Below, in pieces: positions 1-18,864 of a stretch of 64,000 bases of DNA. Position 1 is the first letter of the stretch, and each line of letters opens with the position of its first letter. This DNA is from the human T2T-CHM13v2.0 reference genome, Homo sapiens. The position numbers and the translations under genes were made by a program. The stretch lies in assembly GCF_009914755.1 (NCBI RefSeq), contig NC_060940.1; one strand, given 5' to 3'. The notes below the pieces were generated by a model. The model searched no databases, was not told the origin of the DNA, and saw nothing but the letters and a program-made list of their open reading frames with translations.

Positions 1-672
1 TCAGGAGGCTGAGGCAGGAGAATTGCTTGAACCCAGGAGGTGGGAGCTGCAGTGAGCCGACACTGCGCCACTGCACTCCAGTCTGGGCGATAGAGCAAGA
101 CTCCGTCTCAAGAAAAAAAAAACACAAGACATCAAGACATGGAATCTCAAACGTAAAAGGAAGCTTGAGTGATCTAATCCAAGTTTACTGAAGTTCAGAG
201 ATAATTCACCACATCATCAGGGTGACTGCCAGGAGTCTTCGCTTGCTCCAAGCTGGAGCGAATTCGGTTCTCACTGCTCAAACGCGGGATCCCACCAGCT
301 TCTCTCCTCTAGCACCCTCCATCATATCAGCACCCCTTTCAATGTATCACTGAAAATGACAACCACACCCCTCCATGGAATGTCAACCAGAAGCAATCAG
401 TTCCTTTTTCTAGACACCAATTCTATTAATCCAACCCGGAGTTGGCATGAGCCTTTGGGGTGGCCTCTTCACATAGTGATACCCAGCAGGATCTCAGCTC
501 ACTAAGTTTCTTTGGAGTCCTGCAAGCTGGCCTCACTTCACAGTTCCACAGACTCCACAGCAGCTCCATCCCCTCCGGGCTTGGCACCGCAGGGGACAGC
601 ACCATCCAGCGGACACACTACACATGAGAGTCAATTGAGAAGAAAACCCCACACATGCGGAGCAAGAAAAGA

Positions 673-796
673 ACGCCCCTCCCCCTCCTGGCAAATTTCC
701 CGATGCCCCCTCCCACTCCTGACGAATTGCCTGACGCCCCTCCCCCTCCTGACGAATTGCCCGACGCCCCCTCCCCCCCAGACGAATTTCCTGATG
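673..796. repeat. About four copies of a ~30-bp C-rich unit (GACGCCCCTCCCCCTCCTGACGAATTGCC)
   Basis: Direct inspection. Confidence 0.9.
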
Positions 797-834
797 GATT
801 ACTTTATAAGAACAATCTGAGGATCAGACCTTCA

Positions 835-1286
<452 letters not shown>

Positions 1287-1680
1287 TCAATTAACTTTTT
1301 GTGGCAGTAGCCAAATATCACCGTTTTCTACCTAAAAGGGGAAAATTTTCTATAAAAAGATTCCACGTCCCTCTTTAGAAAAATAAAGCTACTTTAAAAA
1401 GCCCGTTTATATTTGAAACCCCAACAGGCTTCTCAAAACTGCTGTCATTCCTAAATACGAAGTCTTAAAAAATCCACATGTCCTCCTCAGCCAGAGGCCT
1501 ATGGACAGCACAAAATACAGGGGAATGTCGTGGTGGCGGCTGCCTCGAGGCTCAGCAGCTGCGTGCAGGATGGAGCTCCAAGCAGGGCAAGCTGCCAGGC
1601 AGTGTCACCACCAGGCCCCTCGACTGGGCCGCTGTGGTGACATTTACAGAAAACTCTACATGCTTAGGGTACAGTCAGAA

Positions 1681-1744
1681 TTAAACACTCTGCATGCAAA
1701 CGCTTCTCTGAGTTAAGCACTCTGCATGCAAACGCTTCTCTGAG
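1681..1744. repeat. 32-bp tandem duplication
   Basis: ttaa(a/g)cactctgcatgcaaacgcttctctgag occurs twice. Confidence 0.95.
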
Positions 1745-1783
1745 TGACTTTACAGTCTACACCTTACAAAATTATACAACATA

Positions 1784-2109
1784 CAGTCACGCACTGCTTA
1801 ATGACAGAGACGGGTTCTGGGAAACAACACATCATTAGGCGACCTTGTCATTGTGCTGTCCGAGTGCACGCACACACTTCTGGAAGGCACAGCCTGCCAC
1901 ACGCCTGCACTGACGGGAGAGCCCAATGCTTATAGGCTACAAACCTGGACAGCACAGTACTGTCCCAGACACTCTAAGCCACTGTAACACAATGGCAAGT
2001 AGATGTCTCAACACACAGAAGGGAAGTAAAAACACAGTCTGATCATCTTAGCGGACCACCAGTATGTATGGTCCGTCGTGAACAGAAACATCGTGAGGCA
2101 GCCCGACAG
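1784..2109 (+). mobile_element. Tigger3a/MER7A-like DNA transposon
   Basis: ta|cagtcacgcactgcttaatgac...taggctacaaacctg...tgtaacacaatgg...ggaccacc...ggtccgtcgt follows the recalled consensus. Confidence 0.8.
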
Positions 2110-2559
2110 CAGGACCACTGCTGCACCGGCGGCCTAGAGACATCTGCTGAGCAAAGGAGCAATTCCTGCCGGATCCCTGAGAGTCTAGTGGCTCATCCTC
2201 AGACTAGAGAGCCCCTGTCTTTCAAAAGCAGTTACAGCACAGCCAGGGAGAGCCGTGTGCATGCACCTCCCCTACCATTTCAAACACATGCCTTGGAAAC
2301 TTCGCCCTGCTTTTCCGAGTATCAAGTCCATCAAATAACAAATGATAGTGTAAAGACAGGGCACTTAATCACGTTATGTGGCATGATTAGTAGCCGTCTC
2401 CAGAATTCAGGCAACTTATAAACCACACCCTTGTCTCATCTTAATGATTACTACTCAGAGAAAAACCACCATTTGTGTTTATTCTATGCCAGGCACAGTC
2501 CTTTTATGTGCATTTATCCTCACAGCAAACTCGTGGTGCAGATATTACCTTTATTCTCA

Positions 2560-2955
<396 letters not shown>

Positions 2956-3248
2956 TCAACACTGATTAAGACACTAAATGACATCACATGAAGTTAGAGG
3001 CCTCAGCACTGAAATAAACCTATGGCTCAAAAACCACTTACCCTAGGCCAGGGGCGGTGGCTCACGCCTGTAATCCCAGCACTTTGGGAGGCCAAAGCAG
3101 CCAGATCACTTGAAGTCAGGAGTTCAAGACCAGCCTGGCCAACATGGTGAAACCCCGACTCTCCTAAAAATACAAAAATTAGCCGAGCGTGGTGGTGCGC
3201 ACCTGTAATCCCAGCTACTTGGAAAGCTGAGGCAAGAGAATCACTTGA

Positions 3249-3548
<300 letters not shown>

Positions 3549-4129
3549 TGAACTCCTGACCTCAGGTGATCCGCCTGCCTCGGCCTCCCAAAGTGCTGGG
3601 ATTACAGGTGTGAACCACTGCGCCCAGCCCAGTCTCTCTAAGTACATGTGGGTCCCACCTCCGTCCTATCAGAGATAGAAACTATCATCCGTCAGCAAAC
3701 AGCACAACGGGGAATCCATACACACCCCGGCCTTCCAGCAGGGCAGGTTCTGCCTTCATGAGCTACTGCTGTTTGCTGTCGATAGACCCCAGGTTACTGT
3801 GGAGTCAGAGAGCTTCAGACCATGCAACCCAACCCACCACCCAGAGGGCAGAGCAGGGTGTGTCCATTCCTATGGTGACCTGTACTTCACACCTGAGACT
3901 CTCAGAGGCCAGTCACTGTTAGCTAACTCGTTGCGGTCCTTCACTACAGAATCGTAAAGTAACGGAATCATCCTGCCGAGGAGCCTTCTCCAGGAAACTG
4001 ACTTTCACTCAGATGCAGCTTTAGCTGAGGACCAAATGAGGACCCTTCCTCACATCAGGAGAAAACAGTGCGTATGCCTGCGCACACACGGACGTGCACA
4101 CACACACACACACACACATCTATATCTTC

Positions 4130-6650
4130 ATCCAACCAAACAGTACCGATCATCTCCCAAGTGCTCCGGTGCATACAAAGATGTATGCACTGTCCGTGAA
4201 CTTTCACAGCAACACTGCAAGAGCAGAAAAGTGGAAACAACCCAAGTGCCCAACAGAAAACCAAAACGTGGTCCATCCACACACCAGCACCTCATCCACA
4301 CACCAGCACCTCATCCATCCACACACCAGCACCTCATCCATCCACACAGCACCTCATCCATCCACACACCAGCATCTCATCCATCCACACACCAGCATCT
4401 CATCCATCCACACACCAGCACCTCATCCATCCGCACACCAGCACCTCATCCACCCACACACCAGCACCTCATCCATCCACACACCAGCACCTCATCCACA
4501 CACCAGCACCTCATCCATCCACACACCAGCACCTCATCCATCCACACACCAGCACCTCATCCACCCACACACCAGCACCTCATCCATCCACACACCAGCA
4601 CCTCATCCACACACCAGCACCTCATCCATCCACACACCAGCACCTCATCCACCCACACACCAGCACCTCATCCACACACCAGCACCTCATCCATCCACAC
4701 ACCAGCACCTCATCCATCCACACACCAGCACCTCATCCATCCACACACCAGCATCTCATCCATCCACACACCAGCACCTCATCCACCCACACACCAGCAC
4801 CTCATCCACCCACACACCAGCACCTCATCCATCCACACACCAGCACCTCATCCACCCACACACCAGCACCTCATCCATCCACACACCAGCACCTCATCCA
4901 CACACCAGCACCTCATCCATCCACACACCAGCACCTCATCCATCCACACACCAGCACCTCATCCACCCACACACCAGCACCTCATCCATCCACACACCAG
5001 CACCTCATCCACACACCAGCACCTCATCCATCCACACACCAGCACCTCATCCACCCACACACCAGCACCTCATCCACCCACACACCAGCACCTCATCCAC
5101 ACACCAGCACCTCATCCATCCACACACCAGCACCTCATCCATCCACACACCAGCACCTCATCCATCCACACACCAGCATCTCATCCATCCACACACCAGC
5201 ACCTCATCCATCCACACACCAGCACCTCATCCACCCACACACCAGCACCTCATCCATCCACACACCAGCACCTCATCCATCCACACACCAGCATCCCATC
5301 CATCCACACACCAGCACCTCATCCATCCACACACCAGTATCTCATCCACACACCAGCACCTCATCCATCCACACACCAGCACCTCATCCATCCACACACC
5401 AGCACCTCATCCATCCACACACCAGCACCTCATCCATCCACACACCAGCACCTCATCCATCCACACACCAGCACCTCATCCACCCACACACCAGCACCTC
5501 ATCCATCCACACACCAGCACCTCATCCATCCACACACCAGCACCTCATCCATCCACACACCAGCACCTCATCCATCCACACACCAGCACCTCATCCACCC
5601 ACACACCAGCACCTCATCCATCCACACACCAGCACCTCATCCATCCACACACCAGCATCTCATCCACACACCAGCACCTCATCCATCCACACACCAGCAT
5701 CTCATCCATCCACACACCAGCATCTCATCCATCCACACACCAGCACCTCATCCATCCACACACCAGCACCTCATCCATCCACACACCAGCACCTCATCCA
5801 TCCACACACCAGCACCTCATCCATCCACACACCAGCATCTCATCCACACACCAGCACCTCATCCATCCACACACCAGCATCTCATCCACACACCAGCACC
5901 TCATCCATCCACACACCAGCATCTCATCCATCCACACACCAGCACCTCATCCATCCACACACCAGCACCTCATCCATCCACACAACAGCATCTCATCCAT
6001 CCACACAACAGCATCTCATCCATCCACACACCAGCACGTCATCCATCCACACACCAGCACCTCATCCACACACCAGCATCTCATCCATCCACACACCAGC
6101 ACCTCATCCACACAACAGCATCTCATCCATCCACACACCAGCACGTCATCCATCCACACACCAGCACCTCATCCACACACCAGCATCTCATCCATCCACA
6201 CACCAGCACCTCATCCATCCACACACCAGCACGTCATCCATCCACACACCAGCACGTCATCCATCCACACACCAGCACGTCATCCATCCACACACCAGCA
6301 CGTCATACATCCACACACCAGCACCTCATCTGGCCACGGGAGTGAAGTGCTGATACTCGCAACAGCAGGACACGTCCTGACAGCACCACGCGGAAAGAAG
6401 AGCCCGTCACAGAGGCCACGTGTTTTGATTCCGCTTTTATGAAATACCCAGAAGAGGCAGATCCACAGACACAGACAGCAGGGACCGGGGACGGTGGGGT
6501 GTCTGCTAAAAAGACGGTTTTTCTTTCTGGGGGATGAAAATGCACCAACTTTAGATCATGGTGTTGGCTGCGCAATTCTGTGAACATGCTAAAGACCAAT
6601 GAATGACACATTTTAAAGGGTGATTTGAGGGTATATGAATCACATCTCAG
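4130..6650 (+). mobile_element. Ancient L1M (L1MB/MC-like) 3' UTR fragment hosting the VNTR
   Basis: Flanks ggaaacaacccaagtgccc...aacgtggt and gagtgaagtgctgata...ccgtcacagaggccacgtgttttgattccgcttttatgaaatacccagaa resemble the L1M 3' consensus. Confidence 0.8.
4273..6329. repeat. Minisatellite/VNTR, 23-bp unit CCATCCACACACCAGCACCTCAT with 19-bp variants, roughly 90 copies
   Basis: Tandem array directly visible; it explains ORFs 4036..6345 and 4094..6442. Confidence 0.98.
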
Positions 6651-7746
6651 AGAAAGCTGTTATGAAACACCTATCGGGCGGGGTCCTAAAGTGGAGTCAC
6701 AGATCATCCCTCAGAGGGCACTGGCCCAGAAACCAATGGAGGGAGACGAATCTCCCCCAACCCCCTGCACCTTCTCCAGGGGACAGGAAGAGAAGGTGGC
6801 AAGTGCCTGGAGAAACGCTGGCTGTGATGTGTGGCAGGCAGACCTAACCAAACTCTGAATCTTCAAAGCCAGCAAGCTCAGCCGGCAGGGCAGGCCCACC
6901 GTGACTGAGGAGGGAAATGAGAGAGCTCCAGTGATCCCACCCGACATGTGTGCATCCCGAGGGGACCACTGGCTCCGCTCTGCTCCCTATCCCAGAGGCC
7001 CAGGGCTGAGCAGCACAACGGGAGATTGACAAGTTGTGGGGGTGGGGAGAGGGGAAACCCTACTTTGGGGGTTCCCAGGAGCAGCCGCCTCCCCTCCTGC
7101 TCCAGAGCCTAATGCTGGGAGGATCCAGGCCGGACTGGGCAACAGGGCCTCTCTCCCGCCCAGCCCAGCGGAGGGTGGCTCCCACCTTCCTGGGAGCTGC
7201 CTGCACCCCCAGCTGTGACCCATCTCCACCAGGACACACCTTCGTCAAAGGAAAATGCTCTGCAAACACCAGATGCTGGTGTTTTTAGTGTTTCACAGTT
7301 TCCAGTCACTCTTGCCAATAACCGCAGACAGACTTTCAGTCACCAGCATCTGTTTACATGCGAGGGAAAAGGGGAGTCTTACAACCCCCTCCTCTTCCCA
7401 GCCCTTCCCACGCCCTCCATAATTAACACCACTGCCCTGAGCACAGCTCCTGCTGTTGCATCTAACTCCCTTCAAACTCACATGAGCGCACACACATTTA
7501 AAACAAACACACAGAAACAAAAATAAGAAACAGTACGGAGATCTATGCTGCAAAGTCGCAATGGGGCAGCTTTGCAGGCAACTCCCACTCAAGCAAGAGA
7601 CTGAAGAGATCTCAAAATAGCTGCTAGCGCTGGCCACACGCAGCCCTCCAACGAGGCACGGATGCTCCCGCACGTGAGTTTTGGTCTTGAGGTCAGCATT
7701 GCCATTACCCCCCTCATTTCCAAACCATTATGACGTCAAGTATATG

Positions 7747-7856
7747 TGTCTGTTGCTAGAATGGAGAAGATGAGGGACTGTTACAAAGTATCCACATGAT
7801 GTCCTGTCTGTTGCTAGAATGGAGAAGACAATGAGAGACTGTTAAAAAGTATCCAC
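7747..7856. repeat. Tandem duplication with ~58-bp period
   Basis: tgtctgttgctagaatggagaaga...gactgtta(c/a)aaagtatccac occurs twice. Confidence 0.9.
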
Positions 7857-7976
7857 TAGTCATCCAATGTGCTACAAAAACACCCGCCAGCCAACCAACC
7901 AACACATAGCAGAAGGCAGCCAGCCAGCGCTGGCCTGGACAGAGGCCCAGGCGCCCTGCTGCCTGCCAGTTGGAGG

Positions 7977-8289
7977 TCCATGGCCTGTTAGGAATCAGGT
8001 CGCACAGCAGGAGGTGAGGGGGCCAGCAGGCATCAAAGGCTGAGCCCCACCTCCTGTCAAAGCAGCAGCAGCATTAGACTCTCACAGGAGTGAGAACCCT
8101 GTTGTGGGCTGCACACACCATAGATCCAGGTTGCGGAATCTAGGTTGTGAGCTCCTTAGGACAATCTAATGCCTGATGATCTGAGGTGCAACAGTTTCAT
8201 CCTGAAACCGTCATCCCTCCCCACCAGCGGTGGAAAAACTGTCTTCCGTGAAACCAGTCCCTGGTGCCGAAAAGGGTGGGGACCATTGC
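7977..8289 (+). mobile_element. MER1B-like hAT-Charlie element
   Basis: tggcctgttaggaa...gcacagcaggaggtgag...aatctaatgcctgatgatctgagg...gtccctggtgccgaaaagggtggggacc. Confidence 0.85.
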
Positions 8290-9784
8290 TATACATTAAC
8301 ACAACTCAAATCAGATTATCAGCATCCCAAAATATGCATCGCTGTTAAAAATGACCAGATAACAGGAGGGACTCTATTCTGCCTTCCTACAAGAAAACCC
8401 TTAAAAGCCAAGGAAGAGACTGACTACTCCAGATACTGAATCCAGACTCCCTGCGCCTCTACCAATATTTAATTCCCGCCAACTTCACATCCTCGGCTGA
8501 AAAACCAACTCCCCCACAGAAGTAAAAAATATTCACTAAAAAATGAATGCGCAGGGCAGGGCTGCGTCATGGTAGCAACGCCTATTCCGTTTCCTGATGA
8601 GCTCTTCCTGGACTTCTCAAAAGACATAAGCCCACCCCACAGGGATTCCCACGTGCTCTGCACGAGGCCTGACACAGCAATCTTCCCCAGAAAGGGCAAA
8701 AACCGTCTTTGTTGTGGCTGAATCTCCTGACCTTTCCTTTTAGATCAATTTAAAAAAAAAAATGACAGAGGAAAAACAGCCAGAGTAGTCCTCTCTCAGC
8801 AGCGGCCACATAGTGTGTGAACCCCCAAGCCCAATTACAGGCAGCAGCAGCACTGCACCAGGATGCCACACACCGCAGCCCAGCCCATGAAATCAACAGG
8901 CCGCCTGCACCCTTCAGTCCCCTGTACCATCCCCAGCTACACTAGCCCCTGACGATCCGGCCACATAGCACTCAGAGCCTGACCTGCCAAACCACCGTTA
9001 AGAGAATGCTTTCATTCTGCAATCATTAGTAACTTACAAAAGCAAAACCTACACTACTTTCATTATTAAGGATCTAAGAGGTATTTTACATGAATATTCT
9101 TACTTCTTTTAAGCAGCAACTAAAAAACTTCACATCAGTTGAACAATATTCAAAATAAGCATGCCTTCCACCAGTCACAGAGGCTGATGGATCAGATCAC
9201 AACTGGACCCCGTCTATGGTCCACAGCTGTCAGGATAGGGATCGTGGAGAGGGTACAAGGAGAGGTTAGGGTAAAACACAGATTCCTCAACCACACATCA
9301 ACCTGCTCTGAATGGGACTGATGTCCGGAGTGGGAGGGCAGGAAGGAGCAGTCTCCTGGGCTCCCTAGGGTCTACGTGGAGTACGAAGACTTGAGAACCA
9401 CTACTCAAGATCCTCTTCTCTGCCAACAGACAGCTCTGCTGGCCACTGTGCCAGGAAAACCCCCCACTGTTCTCTAAGTTCAGAATCAAAACACGGCCCC
9501 TCCAGACGAGTTGCCCTAACGCCTTCCTATCAGGGAAGGGAAGACTCATTCTGCAAGGCGCCGCAGCTGTAGTCCAGTGTCTGCCACAGGTATGAAGTGA
9601 CAACGAGCACGGAGAACACTTGAGGAAAACTGTGAAACAGGAGCACCTGCACAGGCATCACGCCAAGAGTCAGCCCTCCACACGCCAGCACCGGCACCAA
9701 CTGGAGGCTTTTGGGAGAACCATCAGACATGAGGTCAAAGACTTTATAAATGTGTATGCCTTGCATTCTGATGTTTCGTTAAGT

Positions 9785-13140
<3,356 letters not shown>

Positions 13141-15332
13141 TTATCAGACGCACACTCCACACGACCTTCCAGGACCAAGGGTGACCTGCGGAACCACACC
13201 CTGGCTGCCAAGGCAAACGTCTCAAAGCAATGCTCCGCGAGGTATCTCTGTTCATCCCCCACACAGGTCTCCCTTGCTAATGGTTACTTAGGCCAAGGAG
13301 AACCAGAAATCACCACCAGAGACAGATGCCTCCACAAAGGGTGATTCTGGCAAAAAGAAGAGAGTGAAGCACATAATGACCCTGTTCCTGCCCCACCACT
13401 CCCTCTAGAGACTGGAACTGGGGGCCAAGAATCGCAACTACATTGTATGTTTGCAGGATCACTATTAAAAAAAGTCTAATAGCTTCTACAATATACCTTT
13501 AAAACAGGTCTCCTGTTTTAATTACCATTAGCAAGCATTCGAGGAATGAGGTGTCTGTTTATCAGACAATCCAGACCCAGGGCAGCTGCCACGGATGTCC
13601 CGCGTACGACCGAGCCTGCAGTGTGGGATGCAGCTGGAGCTGCACACGAGGTAGGGGCTGCCATCCGCAGCTGCCGGCCCAAGAGAGGGGCCAGGGCCAC
13701 TCCCAAAGTGACCAGGTACCCACAGTGCATCCCTATTCCCTTGGAACAGATACCCACGATCCGAGTGACAGAACCAGCAAAGCCTGAAGGCACGAGAGAG
13801 CCCTCATGTCACAGACAGCTCAGAGTCACCACAGAGTCACCACAGAGGCACCGGAGCCAACACCAGCCTGGCGGGACTTGCTGGGTTGGGTGCTGGGTTA
13901 GCCGCATTCTATCACAGAGACTTCACTCTCCTCACCTGTCAATTGTGAACAAGAGATACCAAAGCTGACAAAATGCTATTAAAAAATCAATCGATTTGCC
14001 AAAGATAAACAAGCAAATCAGTAACAAGCGGGCTCCAAAAGGAATAAAGCAAAAGGACAACTGTGTGCTGAGTGGAAATACGTGAGCTTCAAGATATACA
14101 CAAAGAAATCCATTTTTAGCATGAAAGTAATTTCCCAATTGCTGCGCCTACTAAAATTACGAACCTTTCTCAAAGCAAGCATGAGAAAAGGGACGGAAAA
14201 GCCTGGGAACACAGTAACCCACCCCACACCACAGCACCTTCCGGGTCCCACTGTAAGGCTATGGTCATGTCCTCCTCCAGCAGGTGGGCCCAGGGCAGGG
14301 AATCTGTCTGCACCCTCCCCACCCACAGCAGACTCTTCATTTGACTGGTTAACATTCCCGGCCTAGAGCCAGGCAGAGCAGTGCAGCCAGCGAACAGGAC
14401 TCAACACCCTGACAAGGCTCACTGCAATACAGCTGGGGACCAAACTCCAGAAAACACCCGGAACTGGCTCATTGTGACATAACCAAGCCCGGGCTCCAGG
14501 GAGCGCCGCTGCCCTCCGGCTGAAGCCCCAGGATGTGGAGAAGGCCTGTGTGCGGCGGCCTCTATCCCAGAAGCAAGGGCACTTCCGCTCTGCTGCTTTA
14601 ATGGCAGAGAGATGGTGTGCGTAATGGTGGGTCATGGCCGCAGCAATCGAGCCAGGCCACACATAGAAGGACACTAACAACTCTACTTCAGTCTGTCATT
14701 CGACTAGACTTCTTCTCTTAAATAATTTATATGCAAACATGCCATCTGGCTCTCTACACGGAGAGACAAACATGTAGCTCTTGACTAATGGGAGACACCC
14801 GTGCGTGGTAAACATGCATCAGAAACCCCATCAGCAACATTCCCGACAGAGGTGGAAATCAAGAGGCTGAGCAGGGTTCACTGAAGAGAAATGTCAACAT
14901 CCTTCCTGTCTCATACCAGCTCCACGGTTTCTACACCAACTCGACACAGAAAGAACGTGCCTTTTAGTCAATGACACATCGCTATGGGGCCCCCCTTCCA
15001 ACAAGCTGGGCACCCAGAGCTGCCTCCAATGATGTAAACAGAAGACCACAGGAGAAGAGCTGCAACACAGGCAGCGAGAGGCTGGTGGCCAACAACAAGA
15101 GGAACCTGGAGAACAACACCAGGCAGCTGGCACCCCCCACACCCGGCCCAGGCTTCTGTATGAAGGGTCCAGAGAAAATGTGGTCTCCCAGGACCCAGCG
15201 AGGCTGGGCTCCAGGACTGTGACCCAAGTTCCTCTGAACCCTGGTATTCTGAGGTCTGCTCCGAGCACTCGGGCTCAGCACACAAGCACAGAAGAGCCAT
15301 GCCCGGAGCTCAGCTTCTCATCTGGCTTCTTA

Positions 15333-15596
<264 letters not shown>

Positions 15597-15953
15597 TCAG
15601 CCACTTTCCTCTCCTGCCTCTAAGGGGAGGATTCCAGACAAACACCCTCGTAGGAAAGCACGTCCTCAGTCAAGGGTCTAATAAACCTTCATGTATCCCT
15701 AGGTTGCAAGATAAACATCCATTTACATGTAGACAATGCCATATCCCATTAAAGTGGACACAGCTAGTTACTTCAAACATTAACAACGGTGTGGTGCAAC
15801 CTAGCAGTGTTTTCCTTTTATTAATATCCACAATAAAGCTGTCTGCCTGCTCTCGTTAATCCCTCTCCTTGCTATCATGTGCCAACTAAATTAGCCTCAG
15901 AAGTACAATGTGCACGTAAAAGAAAGTGTTTATGTGCCAGGCGCGGTGGCTCA

Positions 15954-16309
<356 letters not shown>

Positions 16310-17873
16310 TCATCACTCACTGCAGCCTCGACCTCATGGTTTCAAGTGACCCTCCCACTTCAGCCTCCTGAGTAGCTTGGACGACAGGCATGTGACATCA
16401 TGCCCAGCTGTTTAATTTTTTGCAGCAATGGCGTCTACGCTGTCCAGGCTGGTCTCAAACTCCTGGCTTTAGTCAATTCTCCCGCCTCGGCCTCCCAAAG
16501 CACACTGGGATTACACACACGAACCACCACACCCAGCCTTACGTGACATTATGAATGATTAATAAAGACTCAGCACCACAGTAAAGGTGAAGGAGCGCAG
16601 CGGGAGTGATGCCCTCTGGGCCACACACGGCAAAGCACTCCGGCAGCAGGGGATGCTGAGGAGAGAGCAGACCACCAATCAAAAACAACGGCATCCCTGA
16701 CGGGTCATCAGACACCACCGGCTACTCCACATGAGGCCCTCCGTGGCCCACTCCCTCTCAGGGCCCCCAAGAACTGCGGGAGGCAGAGTCTTTAGGGGAC
16801 GGCACACATCCATCTGTGGAAAGAGCTGCTTGGACAGACTGCTGGGCTACAAGCAATGGCAGAGACCACCAAGCTCCACGGGGTCTTTCCTCCAAACCTG
16901 CAAATTAAGCAGTAGCTGGGGTCCAGGATGAGAAAAGCACGCTCCTAGGCAGTCTGTGTTAGCAACCACGCTGGAGGGGCCCCTCAGTGCTGCATCTCCA
17001 CAGGTGAGAGCCGCCCACCCTGCCCAGGGTCACGCAGCCCAGCTTCGCCTGACTGTAACGCACCTAGTGGCATAATTAAGAGAGAAAAAGCGACCTGAGC
17101 AACCTGGCAGCAGGTGAAGCCCCATTTCCCAGCTCAGCCGTGGTCATTGCAGAGTTGGTTCTTTCATAAAAGCCTCTTGTTTTATTTCCTCTCGTTTCAA
17201 GGTAAGAGTGAGGATCTAGCAGGACGAAGAATGGTTCCACACAGGGCGCAGAGAGGGCTGGTAAATGAGAGTGCCAACCCGTCTAAGGTCAAGTGCGCCT
17301 CGGGTGGGGCAGACAGTGGTCCTCAGCAGGCTCCCTCCCGGCACCTCTGAGTCGGTGTTCCGCCCGCCCGCACATAGAAACGGCCACAGTGCCGCCCCTC
17401 TGCACCGATGCGGTTCCTTCCTGGGCCAGACAGCGGGCGCAGGTGGTAGCAGCACACAGGGGGTGGCGTGTCCCTCTCCACCCCACCCACTTCCAGTTGT
17501 TCTTTGCATCTGTCATCTCAGCACAGAGGACTTACCTGTAAAGGGACAGGCCAGGTTTCCTATCATTCTAAAAGCCCAGTAGTTCCATAGGGAGAAACTG
17601 ACCAATTTACACCTTTACAGCAGACATGATGACTGGCTCAAGGCCGAAACCTAACAAATGTTTTGAGTCTAGAGGAAGTTAGGTGGCACAACCATGCCAC
17701 ACAGTAAATAGAGTTTTAAACTATCATCTCGGGAAGACTATTCAATGCCACAGAATAATCCTACAATAATACATCAACGGTAAAAAACACTATAGAAAGA
17801 ACACATACATGCACGCTCCAGTTAGCGTGAAATAGATGCATAGAAATATGAACTGGCTGGGCGTGGTGGCTCA

Positions 17874-18161
<288 letters not shown>

Positions 18162-18546
18162 TTATGTGCAGAGAAAACATGCAGAAAATACAAATTCAGT
18201 TTAGGGAGAATAGACAATGGACTTGCCTTTTAATTCTTTTCATTTTTTTCAGAATGAATATTTACACCTTACATAATCAGTCCCTAAAGCCATTCCTGGC
18301 CAGGTGCAGTGGCTCATGCCTGTAACCCCAACACTGTGGGAGGCTCATGTGGGAGGATTGCTTGAGCCCAGTACTTTGACACCAGCCTTCACAACAAGCA
18401 AGACCCTATTTCTAAAATATAAAAAATAAAGCCATTCTTAAAAAATGAAGTCGGCCGGGCACGGTGGCTCACGCCTGTAATCCCAGCACTTTGGGAGGCC
18501 GAGGCGGGCGGATCACGAGGCCAGGAGATTAAGACCATCCTGGCTA

Positions 18547-18864
<318 letters not shown>

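Noticed and set aside
4273-6329. CRISPR-like array
   Set aside because: Head-to-tail repeats with no unique spacers, in eukaryotic DNA
4036-6442. 769-aa and 782-aa His/Thr/Pro-rich ORFs
   Set aside because: The C/A-rich VNTR strand lacks stop codons; the ORFs lie in an L1 fragment antisense within an intron
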